A stretch of 61,186 bases of DNA, filler included, from Jimgerdemannia flammicorona (Eukaryota): the NCBI GenBank assembly GCA_003990765.1. It is 3 parts of 3 records of this genome, joined end to end, with 100 filler letters (N's around TTAATTAATTAA, not from the genome) between each part and the next. Parts side by side here need not be neighbours in the genome. Positions count along the whole stretch, not along the records: positions 20,432 to 40,759 come from RBNJ01001709.1; 2 more parts are not named here. One strand, written 5' to 3'. This document shows, one piece after another, positions 24,456 through 38,207 of the stretch. The notes beneath the pieces were generated by a model, which saw nothing but the letters and a program-made list of their open reading frames with translations, was not told where the DNA came from and searched no databases. Made by a program: the position numbers and the translations under genes. Numbering within the stretch: the stretch's first letter is position 1; each line of letters starts with the position of its first letter.

Positions 24456-25665
24456 TTTTTTTTTTTTTTTAATAGACTCATAGTTCTGTGGATTTTTATT
24501 AGAAGGGAACCTAGACTATATAGGCCAAAACCCTCCCCCACTACCCACTGAATAATATCCCCCCATTAACCTAAGCTACTAAATTGTCCAGTAGTTCTAT
24601 CACTCCAGCTATATCTGTCAAACATTAGCTATGTTGACCTCCATGATATAGACCAGACTTGTCTGCTCACTAGGGCTGGATCATCATTTACACATGAGAG
24701 CACACCTATACGTCAGATCTAGTAGTGCCAAGACTGAATAAAGAATAGCCCCCTGAACCCCAAAAGAAAGCCTGAGATAAAGAAAAAACCCCCCAACCAA
24801 CCAATAGAAAGCAAAGCAGATTCAAAGCAGGTGAGTAAAGGACTTATATACAGAACCTTCCACAAAGGACTTATACATAGGCTAGGGCTAGAAAAGACCC
24901 CACTCCCACTCCCCAAGTCTGCAGGCCTCGATTATATTGCCATGTCAGCTTCCAGTTCCAGTTGGGTACTGCTAAATGAGGAAGGCCCCACTCCCCAAGC
25001 CTGTGGGCCTCAATCATATTGCTGCATCAGCTCTCAGTTCTAGTTAGATATAGTCAGGATGCCAGTCCCTGCACTACCCCACCCTCTATCAGCCAATCAA
25101 AAGGCCCCACCAAAATATTGTCTGCTCCAGCCCTGATGACTGCCCCTAGCCTGGTATCCCACTAGTTCACCATTATTGCTCTTTCTCTTATCTGTGATGG
25201 CCATCTCTCCTCCCATCCCAACAACACCCAAAAAACAGTCACCTACACTAGAACTGTACTTGCCGGAAAGCTCGCTAAAGCCAGAGAGCCCCACCACAGA
25301 TACTGAGGACCTACAGATAACTCATATATACTGAGCACTTGATACCCAAGGTCGGCTGACTCCCTACATAGCCTGAGATACACTGAGACAGCACCTTGTT
25401 GGTGATGGCAAAAGGAAGAAAGTGCTGCACCAAAATGGATGTACTCCAGACACAGCCAAAGACACCAGAAACCGTGAAAAAGTAGAGAAGACACCAATCA
25501 GACATCGATAAAGGGGCAACTTGTCACCATTGCCTCCCTCCTACTACTCTGCAATAGGTACAGCAAACCAACCTGAGGTAAAAGGGGTAATAATTGTAGA
25601 AAGTGGACTCAGAAGATTGTCTACCAAACTATTATGACTGATAAGATAGCATAGAAAGGTGCATG
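24456..25665 (-). mobile_element. ~1.2-kb poly(A) retroposon, copy 2 (divergent middle)
   Basis: Poly(T) to 24470; 17-bp TSD TCTATTTTGATGTACCT / TCTATTTTGATATACCT. Confidence 0.88.
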
Positions 25666-28039
25666 TCTATTTTGATATACCTGTATATATAGTATATATA
25701 CTTTCAGTCCTAATTAGTAATATTCTGTTTTCAAAATCTTATATTCTGTAACTTTGAGTTGACTCAGCTTTGTAATCTTGTATATAGTTTTTGAATTTGT
25801 TTTGAGAGTGATGTATAATTTCAGTGACTTAGAAGTTATATACTTACAACTCTCTCCTTCTTAGCTTTTAATATCCTTATTGAGATCTTCTAATTTGGTC
25901 TAGTATTGTTATATCATTTGGATGATTAAAAGTTTAGTAATGTCTATTTTTCTCAGAAAGTGGTATACTTATAATACAGTTGTCTAACATATTGAATTCA
26001 TATATTAAAGGATCATGTGTTTGATATTGTATACTAGAAGTGATTCTGATATCATTTACTGCTAGAGAATTTCCTCTAAAGAATCTTCTTAAATATCTAT
26101 ACCTTATTTCCCACCAGTAGCATGGGAAGAATAGGCTGTTTTTCAGTTTTGCTATTTTTCTAGAAAGTTAGTATTTCTTTTATCTTAACTTGCTAAGTTC
26201 TCAATTTATTTGTAATAATTATAAAAGTACTTTTAAAAATATTTAGGAGGGGTAATATATAGTACAGGACTGATAAGTATTGGAGTATTTGAGTTTAGTT
26301 ATTCAAAAAATCATATTCTTGAACTAAGTTAGTAGCATTCTTGAGATTGGTTTTGAGTTCTCATATTGTATTATAGATTGGATAATCTCTCTATTTGATA
26401 AAATATTCTAGATGATTCTTGTAGCTATATTTGTTGAGGATTTGTTCAACTTTGTATTCTTTCTAGTTATTAATAATGATAAGTATTGATAGTTTTGTAG
26501 TTCAATTTGAGAATAGCTTATCATTATTTTCATTATATCACTTAAGATGTTAGATATTGAAGATAGGGTGAATCTTGATATTATCTGGTAGTACTAATTT
26601 GTAGGATATTAGAGAGACTTATACAATGACTTTGGATAATTTAATGAATTTGCTATTCAGCTTTGTAGAGAGTCTGTACTTAAGATTGTCAACTTAGTAT
26701 CCTCAGATATCTAGTAGAACTTTTTCTCTGATATCAAAAGTTTCTTCTTAACAGTACTAGTTGATATGTATACTATAATTGTTATTCTTAAGCTCAAGAT
26801 AAATTCTCAATTGCAATCTAGCTTAAGTTGTATATTCAGAGTAAAAATTCTTCAATGGCTTCAATAGTAGAGAATTCATCAGTGGTTCTGATAAGGATCA
26901 GAAAGTGTGTAGATTTTGTCCTATATTAGTAAAAAATAGAGTTATTTTAAGAGATGTTTATTTACTATTATTATAAATAAACTCAACTATAGTAAGATAT
27001 TCATACTAATTATCTTGCCTATAGGAAACATAGTTTCTTAGTATTTGTTCTAAAGTTCTATTCATCCTTTTGAGTTGGCTGTCAGTTTTAGAGTAAAAGG
27101 CTGTAGATAGTATAAGTTTCATTCTAAGGTATATATATAGAGCTTTCTAAAAATAGCTGATAAATTTTAGATCTTAGTCACTAATAATGATCTTAGAAAG
27201 ACCATGATAGCAGAAAATATTGTTAAATAAGAATGTAGTGATTTCAGATGCTATTGTAGTTATATTAATAAATATGAAGTAGACTTGTTTACTAAGATAG
27301 TCTATAAAGATAATAATTACATCTTTCCCATTCTTAGTTTAGGGTAGTTATACAATAAAGCTCATAGAGATTTATTTCCAATTAGTGAATAATGCTAGGA
27401 TAGAGTAGAGTAATCTAGGTTTTGCTAGTATTGAGGACTTATTATATTAACAGATATCATAGGAAGTAATATAGGTTTTTAGCTAATCTACTATATAGGA
27501 TTAATAGAAGTTTTAGAAAATAACTTTATAGTATTTGTCAAATTCTAAATATCCAGCTATAGGGGTATCATAATATTCAAATAGGATAGTTTTTCAGAGA
27601 TCTTGATTATTAGAAACATATAATCTATCTTTATAGTAGATAGTATTTTCCTTTAGTTGATATTGATGATACTGAAAGTATTTGTTAATATTATCACTAC
27701 TTAAGATTTCTTAAAGTACTTGAGCTTCTTTATTATCAGTATATACTATAATAATTTGTTCTATGATAAAATTAGTAATCAAGGTAAGGGTTTGTATAAT
27801 ATCTTCAATTAGTGGTCTGGAAATCACATCAGTAATGATATTTTTCTTATCAGAGTGATACTGGATTTCATAGTCAAAATTGGTGAGGACTTTCATCCAT
27901 CTGGCTTACTTTTAGGAAAGAGTAGTCTGGGTCTTGATATTGACTAATTATTTGTAGTCTGTCAATATAGTGAAGTGTACTTTTTCAAGATATAGTTACT
28001 ATTTGATCAGAGTGTCTATAATGGCTAATATTTCCTTCT

Positions 28040-31000
28040 TATAAGCACACAATCTCCAAGCCATCAAAATCGTATGACATCCTCAGAACTAATTTGGAAA
28101 CTATATGTGAGACTACAAAACAAGTTACTGAAGAGATCATCTGGTTACACGAAATATGCCAGCAAGCATGAGAACCCACTGCCAAGATATAAGAATATTA
28201 GAAGAAGTACTACAACCATAAGACTGACTCCAAACTGCTATAACTAGTTTGGTATACTATACTATTACAAAAGGAAACTGAAAGTACCAAACTCAAATCA
28301 AAACAAGAAGAACCCTATCTCATCTACCAAAAGGTTCATGAACTGCACTTATCAACTCAAGACCAAAATATACTATAATTATACAAGACCTCATTACTTA
28401 GTAAAAGCAAAACACATTTGAATAACTCTGTTCACTCTATCTGTATCACTTCTATTAGAGAGTGACGGATGCTTCATCTGAACTCAAGAAAGCCGACATC
28501 ATTGAAACTAATCTCAAGTCATCTATATGATAGATATTACTACTAGAAATTGCCTCAGATTATAGAAAATATCATTTCCAAGAGGTTCGAACCCCCAGCC
28601 ACAACATTGGGAGCCCTTACCCTAGACGAGAATGGCCAGTCCTTACAAATGCACTAGTAGACCAAAAAAAAAAGAGAACTAAGACCTGTTATCCTTGTAC
28701 AACCACTGCCACCAAGGATAGCCTTAATCTTGCAAGAGATAGAAGTGATGATATCTTGAAACTGATGATATCAGAAGTCAAAAAACTGCTCAGACTTTGT
28801 CAGTGATGATGTCATCAATAGTGATATCATCAAAGACTAACCAGACAGCACCTAAACCTATAAATAGCTTAGCAGTCATAGTATAGTTAGATTAGCCTTA
28901 TATGACATGACTGTAAACTGACTCAGCAGTTAGATGATCTCTTGACATATCAGATCACACTTATACTATGTGACTGCATTCTGACTCAGCAAGACACTTA
29001 GTGCTACATCCATATTCAGCATAGTCCAGATAGCCCCTCACTAGTATAAATACCCCCTCCATAAACCTATTTAATAACCCACAAACCACTCTTAAGTAAA
29101 TACACTCCCTGTTAGGTCCCACTCCTAACTCCATCATAAAATTTCCTAATTGGGTATTGTCTGCAGCGATATGCCAATTCAACTAAGCTGGTCTTAGTTT
29201 CTTAAACTTCCTGAAATATGAAAAATCCTGAACATTCAGAACTAGTCCAAAAAAGGACTTTGGTTGAGACATCAATCCGATCTTGTAATTAATAAGCATA
29301 GAGGATATACTCTATATGAAATTGATCTTGACCATAAGAAAACAGTCTTTCAGAATATCCAGAACTTCTAGAAAACTCTTTCAGAACTATGTAACAGTTA
29401 CCCTAAAAAGCAATCCTCTTATAACTTAGTAGTAGTAATTTACAATCCAATTCTGCTTCAAGACACTTCCTCACTCAGCTACAAAACCCCTCTGTGAATT
29501 TCTACAAGTTGGTATAAAGCCCAACCTCTGAACTAGAATTTATCCTAAACCATTTGATAATCTGAAGAGAATTGAACCTGATGTACAAGGACAATTCAAC
29601 CTCCATACCTGCAACAAGTGGGACAAACTTCATTCAAAGAAAGAAGTACTCCAGTTAAACCAGCAAATAATTCACCAAACTCCTTACTCTACACCCAGCA
29701 AGTCAAGATGAAGAAGGTCTTATAGAAGCCTTCTTTACTCTTCTCAACAAGAGTTTTGTCAGCTCCACAAATCTGAGCGATCTAGGACAACTAGCAGTAA
29801 CCTTTCTAGCCTTAGTTCCTCATGAAGCCCAAGCCTCTGTAGCCAAGTAGCTCAACTCTATCAATTTTTACCATACCAGGACCAAGACCACATTATACTA
29901 CCAATTTCAGAATAGCAAGGCCTGCCATATTCTTAAAGTAGAAGTAAGAGAAACTCTTCATCAACTACCTGACCCTGAACCAGAAGCAGGCCCTACTACA
30001 GCCCTACCTGAATCTGAAACCAATACTGAACCTGAACTTGACTTTGAATTAAGTCTATCTGAAATCAGATATACAACTGATTCTGTCTACTTTGATACTG
30101 AGCAAACCCAATTACATGGGGACCAAACTGAAGAGGAGAAGGAGTATCTCAGTGAATTCAATCCTGGATATACCACAGAAGGAGAATTATCTCCATCAGG
30201 ACAGAATACACCTACACAGCAACAAATAGCTATCTATTGAGCCCTCACTCCAGATCTACAACTACTACTCCAGCAACTTACACAGACCCAAAGAACACCC
30301 TCACACTCTGCACCAGTATCTCAAGTAGTACCAGTAACACCACTACCAACAGTCCAACTGCCTCCAGTAAATAATTGGTAAATCAACAGATTCTAGACCT
30401 CACAGCCCAGATAGCCATAATGGCAGCAACCATTACTGCCTTAGCTGAACAGACCCAACCTACCAAAAATCTGAGCCTACCTACCTTCAATAGTACTGCA
30501 TAAGAAGTCCAAAGCTTCATTAGTATAGTTGATACTAACTTCAAAGCCAATCAATGGACCAATGAGTGAGTTGCTGACCACATTCTGACAAATAATCAAG
30601 ACCACACTCTGGAACAACTCTTTGTTACCACCACAGCCTATATCCACCAAGTTGTTACATTCTTCCAAGGATCTGCCAAAGAATAGTGGTGAACCCTTCC
30701 TGAAAAACCCCTCACATGGGACACCTGACCTGCAGTAGTTGCTCAGAATGCAGCAAACAATACTCCAGGATATAGAGTCCATCCTGCAGCCCCTGGACTC
30801 AAACAACTTATGATTGCTCAATACTGCAGTGAAACCATGATTGCTGAATCTCGAGTAAAACTCCACAACCTCAAATTCAATATACATGGTAAAGAAGAAT
30901 TCAAAACCTTCTGTATAAAACTTGAGTCACTCCTGAACACTGTTGGCCTAGGATATATTGCCAATAATGAAACACGAAATGGTATAAGAGCAGACCATTT

Positions 31001-34000
31001 ATTTGATGTACTGCCTGAATGGCTTACTAGAAAAATCCGAGAATAAGGCCACTTAGTTGGTTGTGATCACCAATAATGGTGTCTGGCAAGAATCAAGACT
31101 ATAGTCAAGTGAATCCTAACAGCTGGACCAATTCTGCCCTGAAGACAATTCAACAACAAGGAAAAGACTTGGACCAAGAAAGAAGAACCCAAGTATGAAA
31201 CATCTTGAGCTCCCTCCACTTCCACCTCATAGACACCTAGAAATCATAAACTTACTCAGCTGAGTATCTTCAAAAAACTCACTGAAGGAGAAAGGAATAA
31301 ACTTCAAAGAAGTGGAGCATGTTTCTATTGCTGAAAGACAGAACACATGGTCAGTACCTGTCCTAACCAAAAACCCTGAACAGCAACATGAGCAACTGTT
31401 ACCACTCTGCACCATCTCAACAACCTGACTACCAGAATACTAGACTTTGTCAAGTTAAGACAAACTGCTAAGGCCCCAACTAAAGGAAGTCAAAAAGCAG
31501 CTGGATATGACCTGTATGTAGCTGAAGAAGCTACAGTTTCCAACCGAGAAGTCAAGCAAGTCTATACAGGAATTAGCATTCAAATCCCTGAAGGATATAT
31601 TAGAAGAATATGCTATTGCAGCAGCCTAGCATTGAAAGGACTCTCAGTAGAAGGAGGAGTCATTGATGAAGATTATACAGATGAAATTATTGTCCTCATC
31701 TGAAACCACAGTTGGATACCCTTCAAGATCCCTATTGGATTCTGTATTGCCCAGATACTATTCGAAAAAATCGAGTCAACTCTGATAGTCAAGAAAGTCC
31801 CTGAACTACTATCTACCATCCAAGGATCCAAAGGATTTGGCTCATCAAACAAGGCCCCAGCCCAACCTACTACAAACAAAGAAGAATAATTCTACAAGAA
31901 AATCAAAGATGGATATATACTAAGTGGCCAAAATCCCCATGGTATTGGAATGTACTCTTCCTGAATGATTGATGATTGCTTCTCTTGTATCAATGAACTG
32001 GCTCAAAGAAGAACCAATAGAAAGAAAGCTCCTATAACTGAAATCACCACCATTAGATCAGACCAACTGCTTATACTTAAAGCTTTTGTCAATTAAGCAC
32101 CTGTCAAGATTATGATAGATAGCAGTGCCTCAGGCAACTTTATCAATGAAGAAACAGCCAACAGACTCAAGGTCTTTACCTCTCCGGTACAACAAACTCA
32201 AGCAGTTGCCACTGTTGATGGAATCTCACATGTTATTAGCAAAGAAGTCTGCAATCTACCCTTCCAAATTGGTGACTACCAAGTATATGTTACTCTCCAG
32301 ATTGTACTACTCCCTGATAATGAAATCATTCTTGGAACTCCATGGTTGAAATAAGAGAACCCCATGATCAATTGGGTAAACCATTCTCTGACCATCAAGA
32401 AAGGACACCACAACTTCAAACTACAAGGTGAAAAGAACCCACTCAACTCTAGTGACCCTGGATCAAAGATCACCTACATCAACAAGCTACAACTCAAGAA
32501 ATTGGCCAAGAAATGCCCTCTGTTTGCTATCTCCATCTGTCCATCCAAAGGAGAGCCCAAGAACTCTGAAGAAGACTTTTTCAAAGTTGACAGCCATGTC
32601 AGACCACTACTCCAGAAGGTCCAAGACACATTTCTGAACCGAACCACAGAACCACCTGCATCTGTTATTATTAATGATCAAGAAGAATACAAAGTTGAAC
32701 AAATCCTCAACAAATATAGCCACAAGAACCATCCAAATGGTACAACAACACCAGAACAAATTAGAAGGCCCCGACAAGGATGTTGAAAGCTAAGAAGGGG
32801 AGAGTTGTAAGCACACAACCTCCAAGCCACCAAAATTACATAGTATTCTCAGAACTAATTTGGAAACCATATGTGAGACTACAAAACAAGTTACTAAAGA
32901 GATCATCTGGTTATATGAAATATGCCAGCAAGCACGAGAACCCACTGCCAAGATACAAGAATACTAGAAGAAGTACTATAACTATAAGACTGACTCTGAA
33001 CTGCTATAATTAGTTTGGTATACTGTACTATTACAAAAGGAAACTGAAAGTACCGAACTCAAATCAAGATAAGAAGAACTCTATTTCATCTACCAAAAGG
33101 TTCATGAACTACACTTATCAACTCAAGACCAAGATACACTATAACTATACAAGACCTCATTACTTAGCAGAAGCAAAATGCATTTGAACAACTCTGTTCA
33201 CTCTATCTGTGTCACCTCTGTTGGAGAGTGACAGATGCTTCATCTGAACTTAAGAAAGCCGACATTATCGAAACCAATCTCAAGTCATCCATGTGATAGA
33301 TATTACTACTAGAAATTATCTCAGATTACAGAAAATATCATTTCCGAGAGATTTGAACCCCCAGCCATGATATTGGGAGCCCTCGCCCTAGATGAGAATG
33401 GCCAGTCCTCACAGATATACCAGTAGACTAAAAAAAAAAGAGAACCAAGACCTGTTATCCTTATATAACCACTGCCACCAAGGATAGTCTCAATCTTACA
33501 AGAGATAGAAGTAATGACATCTTGAAACTAATGATATCAGAAGTCAGAAAACTGCTCAGACTTTGCCAGCGATGATGTCATCAATAGTGATGTCATCAAA
33601 GACTAACCAGATAGCACCTAAACCTATAAATAGCTTAGCAGTCATAGTATAGTTAGATTAGTCTTGTATGACATAACTGTGAACTAACTCAGTAGTCAGA
33701 TGATCTCTTGATATGTCAGATCATACTTATACTATGTGACTGCATTCTGACTCAGTAAGGCACTTAGTACTACATCCATATTCAGCATAGTTCAGATAGC
33801 CCCTCACTAGTATAAATACCCCCTCCTCCAGATCTCAGAATCTCAGACTTGAACAATCCAAACACAACTTCTGAGCACTTCCCCACAATATCCCTTTACA
33901 CAACTACTTCTAGTATAGCAATATCATAAATAGTGAATAAACCTATTTAATAACCCACAAACCACTCTTAAGTAAATCTGCTCCCCATTAGGTCCCACTC

Positions 34001-34298
34001 CTAACCCCATCATGAAATTTCCTAATTGAGTATTGTCTGCAGTGATATACCAATTCAACTAAGCTGGTCTTAGTTTCTTAAACTTCCTGAAATACAGAAA
34101 ATCCTGAATATCCAGACTAGTCTAAAAAAGGACTTTGATTGAGATGTCAACCCAATCTTGAAATCAATAAGCATAGAGGATGTACTCCATATGAAATTGA
34201 TCTTGACCATAAGAAAATGGTCTTCCAGAATATCCAGAACTTCCAGAAAACCCTTCTAGAACTACATAATAATTACCCTAAAAAGCAACCCTCTTACA
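28040..34298 (+). mobile_element. Family A variant A2: non-autonomous (gag-dUTPase-PR, partial chromodomain), nested in A3 RNase H
   Basis: LTRs 28040-29423 and 32806-34298; TSD CTTCT at 28035-28039 and 34299-34303; deletion junction ~32617. Confidence 0.93.
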
Positions 34299-37033
34299 CT
34301 TCTTATAGGTCATATAGTTGATTTCAGTATCATTGAATTTATAAGAGTGATAGACCACAAGATGTTCTTCTTATATAAGTACTACTCTAAGAGCTAGGTC
34401 AGAGATATCAGTAGTAATTTCATATAAGAGAGTAGAATTTACTACTTGAAGTACTAGAGTGATTATCAAGGTATCTTTTAGAGCTTGAAAGACTGTTTCT
34501 TGTTCAGATCCCCAATTTATAAGATTGTTAAAGTCTTTTTCTTATTTTATAGTCCAGAGTTGTTGTTCTTTTTTATCATGCTTAGTTATTTAAGTAAGAG
34601 CAATAGTAATCTTAGTAAAGTTTACAATAAATCACTAATAATAGTTGACTAGTCTTAGAAATAACTGGAGGTCTTTCAACTTCTTAAGTCTGGACTATTT
34701 CTTAATAATAGAGATTTGTTGGGGTCTACTTTAATTTTATTAGAAGTGACAATATATCTAAGAAATTGAATTTCCTTTAAAAGAAATTTGCATTTACTGA
34801 GTTTTGTAAAGAGTTGATTTTCTTGAAGCTTCAGTAGTACTAGTCTAAGATATTTAAGATGTTTCTTTAGAGTTTTGCTGAAGACTAGGATGTTATCAAT
34901 ATAGATAATAATAAATTTGTCTAGATATGGATATAGAATGGTATTTATCAATATTTGGAAGATTGTAGAAGTATTAGTTAAGTCAAAGAATATAACTAAA
35001 AACTTAAAATATCTATAGTGAGTTTGGAAGGCAGTTTCATAGATATCTTCTTCTTTTATAGTAATTTTCTAGTAACTATTTTATAGATCAAAAGAACTCA
35101 TAAACTATAGATTGGTAAGTCTATCAAATATTTCATTGATTTGGAGTAGTGGATAATAGTTCTTGATAGTTTACTCATTGAAGTTATAATAATCAATATA
35201 TATTTATAGATCTTCTCCTTTCTTGATAATAAAGAGGACTGGTGTACCATATGATGATATATTAGATCTAATAAATTCTTATTCTAAGAGTTTATCAATC
35301 TCTTTCTTAAGTATATCAATTTCTCTAAGAGATATATGATAGATTGATTTGAAGACTGATTTGACATCTGAGATAGTCTTGATTACATAGTCTACTACTT
35401 ATTTGAGTAGTAGATCTTTTGGAAGTTTCTTTAAGAATATATCTTGAAATTTCTAGAGTAAGAGCCTGATATAGCTGTTAACTTTGGAAAAGTCTTCTTC
35501 AAGATTCTTGAGTTCTCCTTTGAATGGCTATATAGAGATAGTAAAGAGAGAGTATTTCTTAGCTAATTTCTTAAGTTATAGTTTGTTGATATAGATGATC
35601 TTTGGACCTAGATCACTAGAACTAAGTAGGTCTCTTTCACCTTATAGTTTGAAATTGTAGTATTCTTTTTTAATGGTTAGGAAATAGTTTACCCAATCAA
35701 TCATAAGGTTCTCTTATTTTAACCATAGAGTTCTGAGGATAATCTCATTATCAGAAAGTGATATAATTTAGAGTATAATATATACTCAGTAGCTGCCAAT
35801 TCTGAAAGATATATTGTGAACTTTCTTACTAATGATATGTGAGATTCCATCAGCTATAGTAACTGCTTGAGTTTGTTATACTGGAGAGATCAGAACCTTG
35901 AGTTAGTTGACTGTTTCTTCATTGATGAAATTGCCTGAGATATTACTGTCTATTATAATTTTAACAAGTACTTAATTAACAAAAGTTTAGAGAGTAAGTA
36001 GTTTGTCTGATCCAATGGTAGTGATTTTAGTTATAAGAAATTTTCTTCTATTTGTTCTCCTTGAGCCAATTCATTGATATAAGAGAAGTAATTATAAATT
36101 ATTCAGAAAGAGTATATTTCAATATCATGAAGGTATTATCTACTTAGTATAAATCTATCTTCAATTTTCTTATAGAATTGTTCTTCTTTATTTGTAGTGA
36201 GTTGTGCAAAGGCTTTATTTGATGAGCTAAATCCTTTGAATCCTCAGATGATAGGCAGTAGCTTGGAGACTTTTTTGACTATCAGAGTTAACTTAATTTT
36301 CTCAAATAAGATCTGTATAATGTAAAAACTAATAGGGATCTCAAATAGTATCTAGCTATGATTTTAAATGAGAATAATGATTTTTTCTATGTAATCTTTA
36401 TCAATGATTTCTTCTTCTACTAAGAGCTCTTTTAATACTAAGCTGCTGTGATAGTATATTTTTCCAACATGTCCTTCAGAAATTTGAATACTAATTTCTA
36501 TATAGACTTACTTAACTTCTTAGTTAGAAACTATAGCTTCTTCAGCTGTATATAGATCATATCTAGCTGCTTTTTGACTTTCTTTGATTAGGACTATAGC
36601 AGTTAGCCTTAACTTGACAAAGTCTAGTATCTTGGTAGTCAGATTATTGAGATGATTAAAAATAGTAATAGTTGCTTATATTACTGTTTGGGGTTTTCAA
36701 TTAAGGTAGGCATTGGTCATATGTCCTATCTTTTGATAATAGAAGTATGCTCTACTTCTTCAGAGTTCATTTCTTTCTCTTTTAGTGAGTTTTTTGAAGA
36801 TACTTAGCTGGGTGAGTTTAGGATTTTAGAGTATCTAAGAGATAGATATAGAGAGGGCTCAGGATACTTTATATTTGGGTTCTTCTTTCTTGGTCTAAGA
36901 TTTCTCCTTGTTATTAAATTATCTTCAAGACAGAATTGGTCCAGCTATTAGAATTTGCTTAACTATAGTCTTGATTTTTACCAGGCACTATTATTAGTAA
37001 TTACCAACTAAGTATCTTTGTTCTTAGATTTTT

Positions 37034-38207
37034 TTTTTTTTTTTGTTTTATAGATCTAAAGTCCTGTGGATTTTATTGAAAGAAAACCTAGACTATATAG
37101 GCCAAAACTCTCTCCCACTACTTCCTAAGCACTATACTCTCATTAAATCTAGACTAGCTATTGTCCAGCAATTTGACTATATTAGATATAGTGGGACAAA
37201 GTTGCCTGCACCTCATTCTGCATACCATACTCTTTCTACTACTAGAGAGTAACAAATATATGCTTTAGGTAGATATCCAAAACTCTAATATATATATAAG
37301 ACTATACTCAATCTAATTTATATAGTTCCTGTCACCCTAAGAAGAGTGATAGATAAAGAAAAAACCTCTCTCAAAGTACAGAACAGTGGGTAGAACCTGG
37401 TTCTCTCTAATGAGGTGAGTAGAGAACTTATATGTAAGGTAAGAGAAGACCCCCAATATCTCACTACTCAAGTCTGTAGGTCTTGATTATATTATTATAT
37501 CAGCTCTTAGTTCTAGTTGAGTGTAGCCAAGATATCTGATCCAGGTAGCCTCAGGTCTTCTGACCACCTCTAATGATCAGAGCCCAACTCCACAAATTGC
37601 CAAAAATAGCCAAAAGTAATACCTACTATCTAACTATCCTACACCAATCAGAAGGCCCCACTGATATAGTACTCACTCCAGCCCTGATAACTACTCCTAG
37701 TCTGATACTCTACTGATTTACTGTAATTGCTCTTCCTCTTATCTATAATGGCTATCTCCTCTTCTATTCTGACTCTATCTGAAAAGCAGTTATCTATATT
37801 AGAATTATACTCACCAGAAAGCTCACCAAAGCTCAGAGAGCTCTACTATAAATACTAGAGATCTGTAGGTAATCTATACTAGTACTTGATATCCAAAGTT
37901 AGCTAACTCTATATATAGCCCATGACATACCAGATGATACCTTATTGATAATGGTAAAAGAAAGAAGACACTATACCAAAATAAGTATACTCCGGATATA
38001 GCTAAAGATACTAGAAATGTGAAAAAGTAAAGAAGATACTGATCTGATACTAATAAAGAGATAACTTATTACTACTGTCTTCCTCCCACTATATCCTTAC
38101 AGATATAGCAAACTAACCTGAGATAGAGAGAGTAATAATAGGAGAAAGGAGACTTAAAAGGTTATCTATCAAACCTTATAACTAGTAAGATAGTAGAGAA
38201 AGGAGTA
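37034..38207 (-). mobile_element. ~1.2-kb poly(A) retroposon, copy 3, in A3 gag
   Basis: Poly(T) 37029-37044; degenerate TSD TTCTTAGATTTTT / TTCTTGAATCTTT; homologous to copy 1. Confidence 0.82.
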
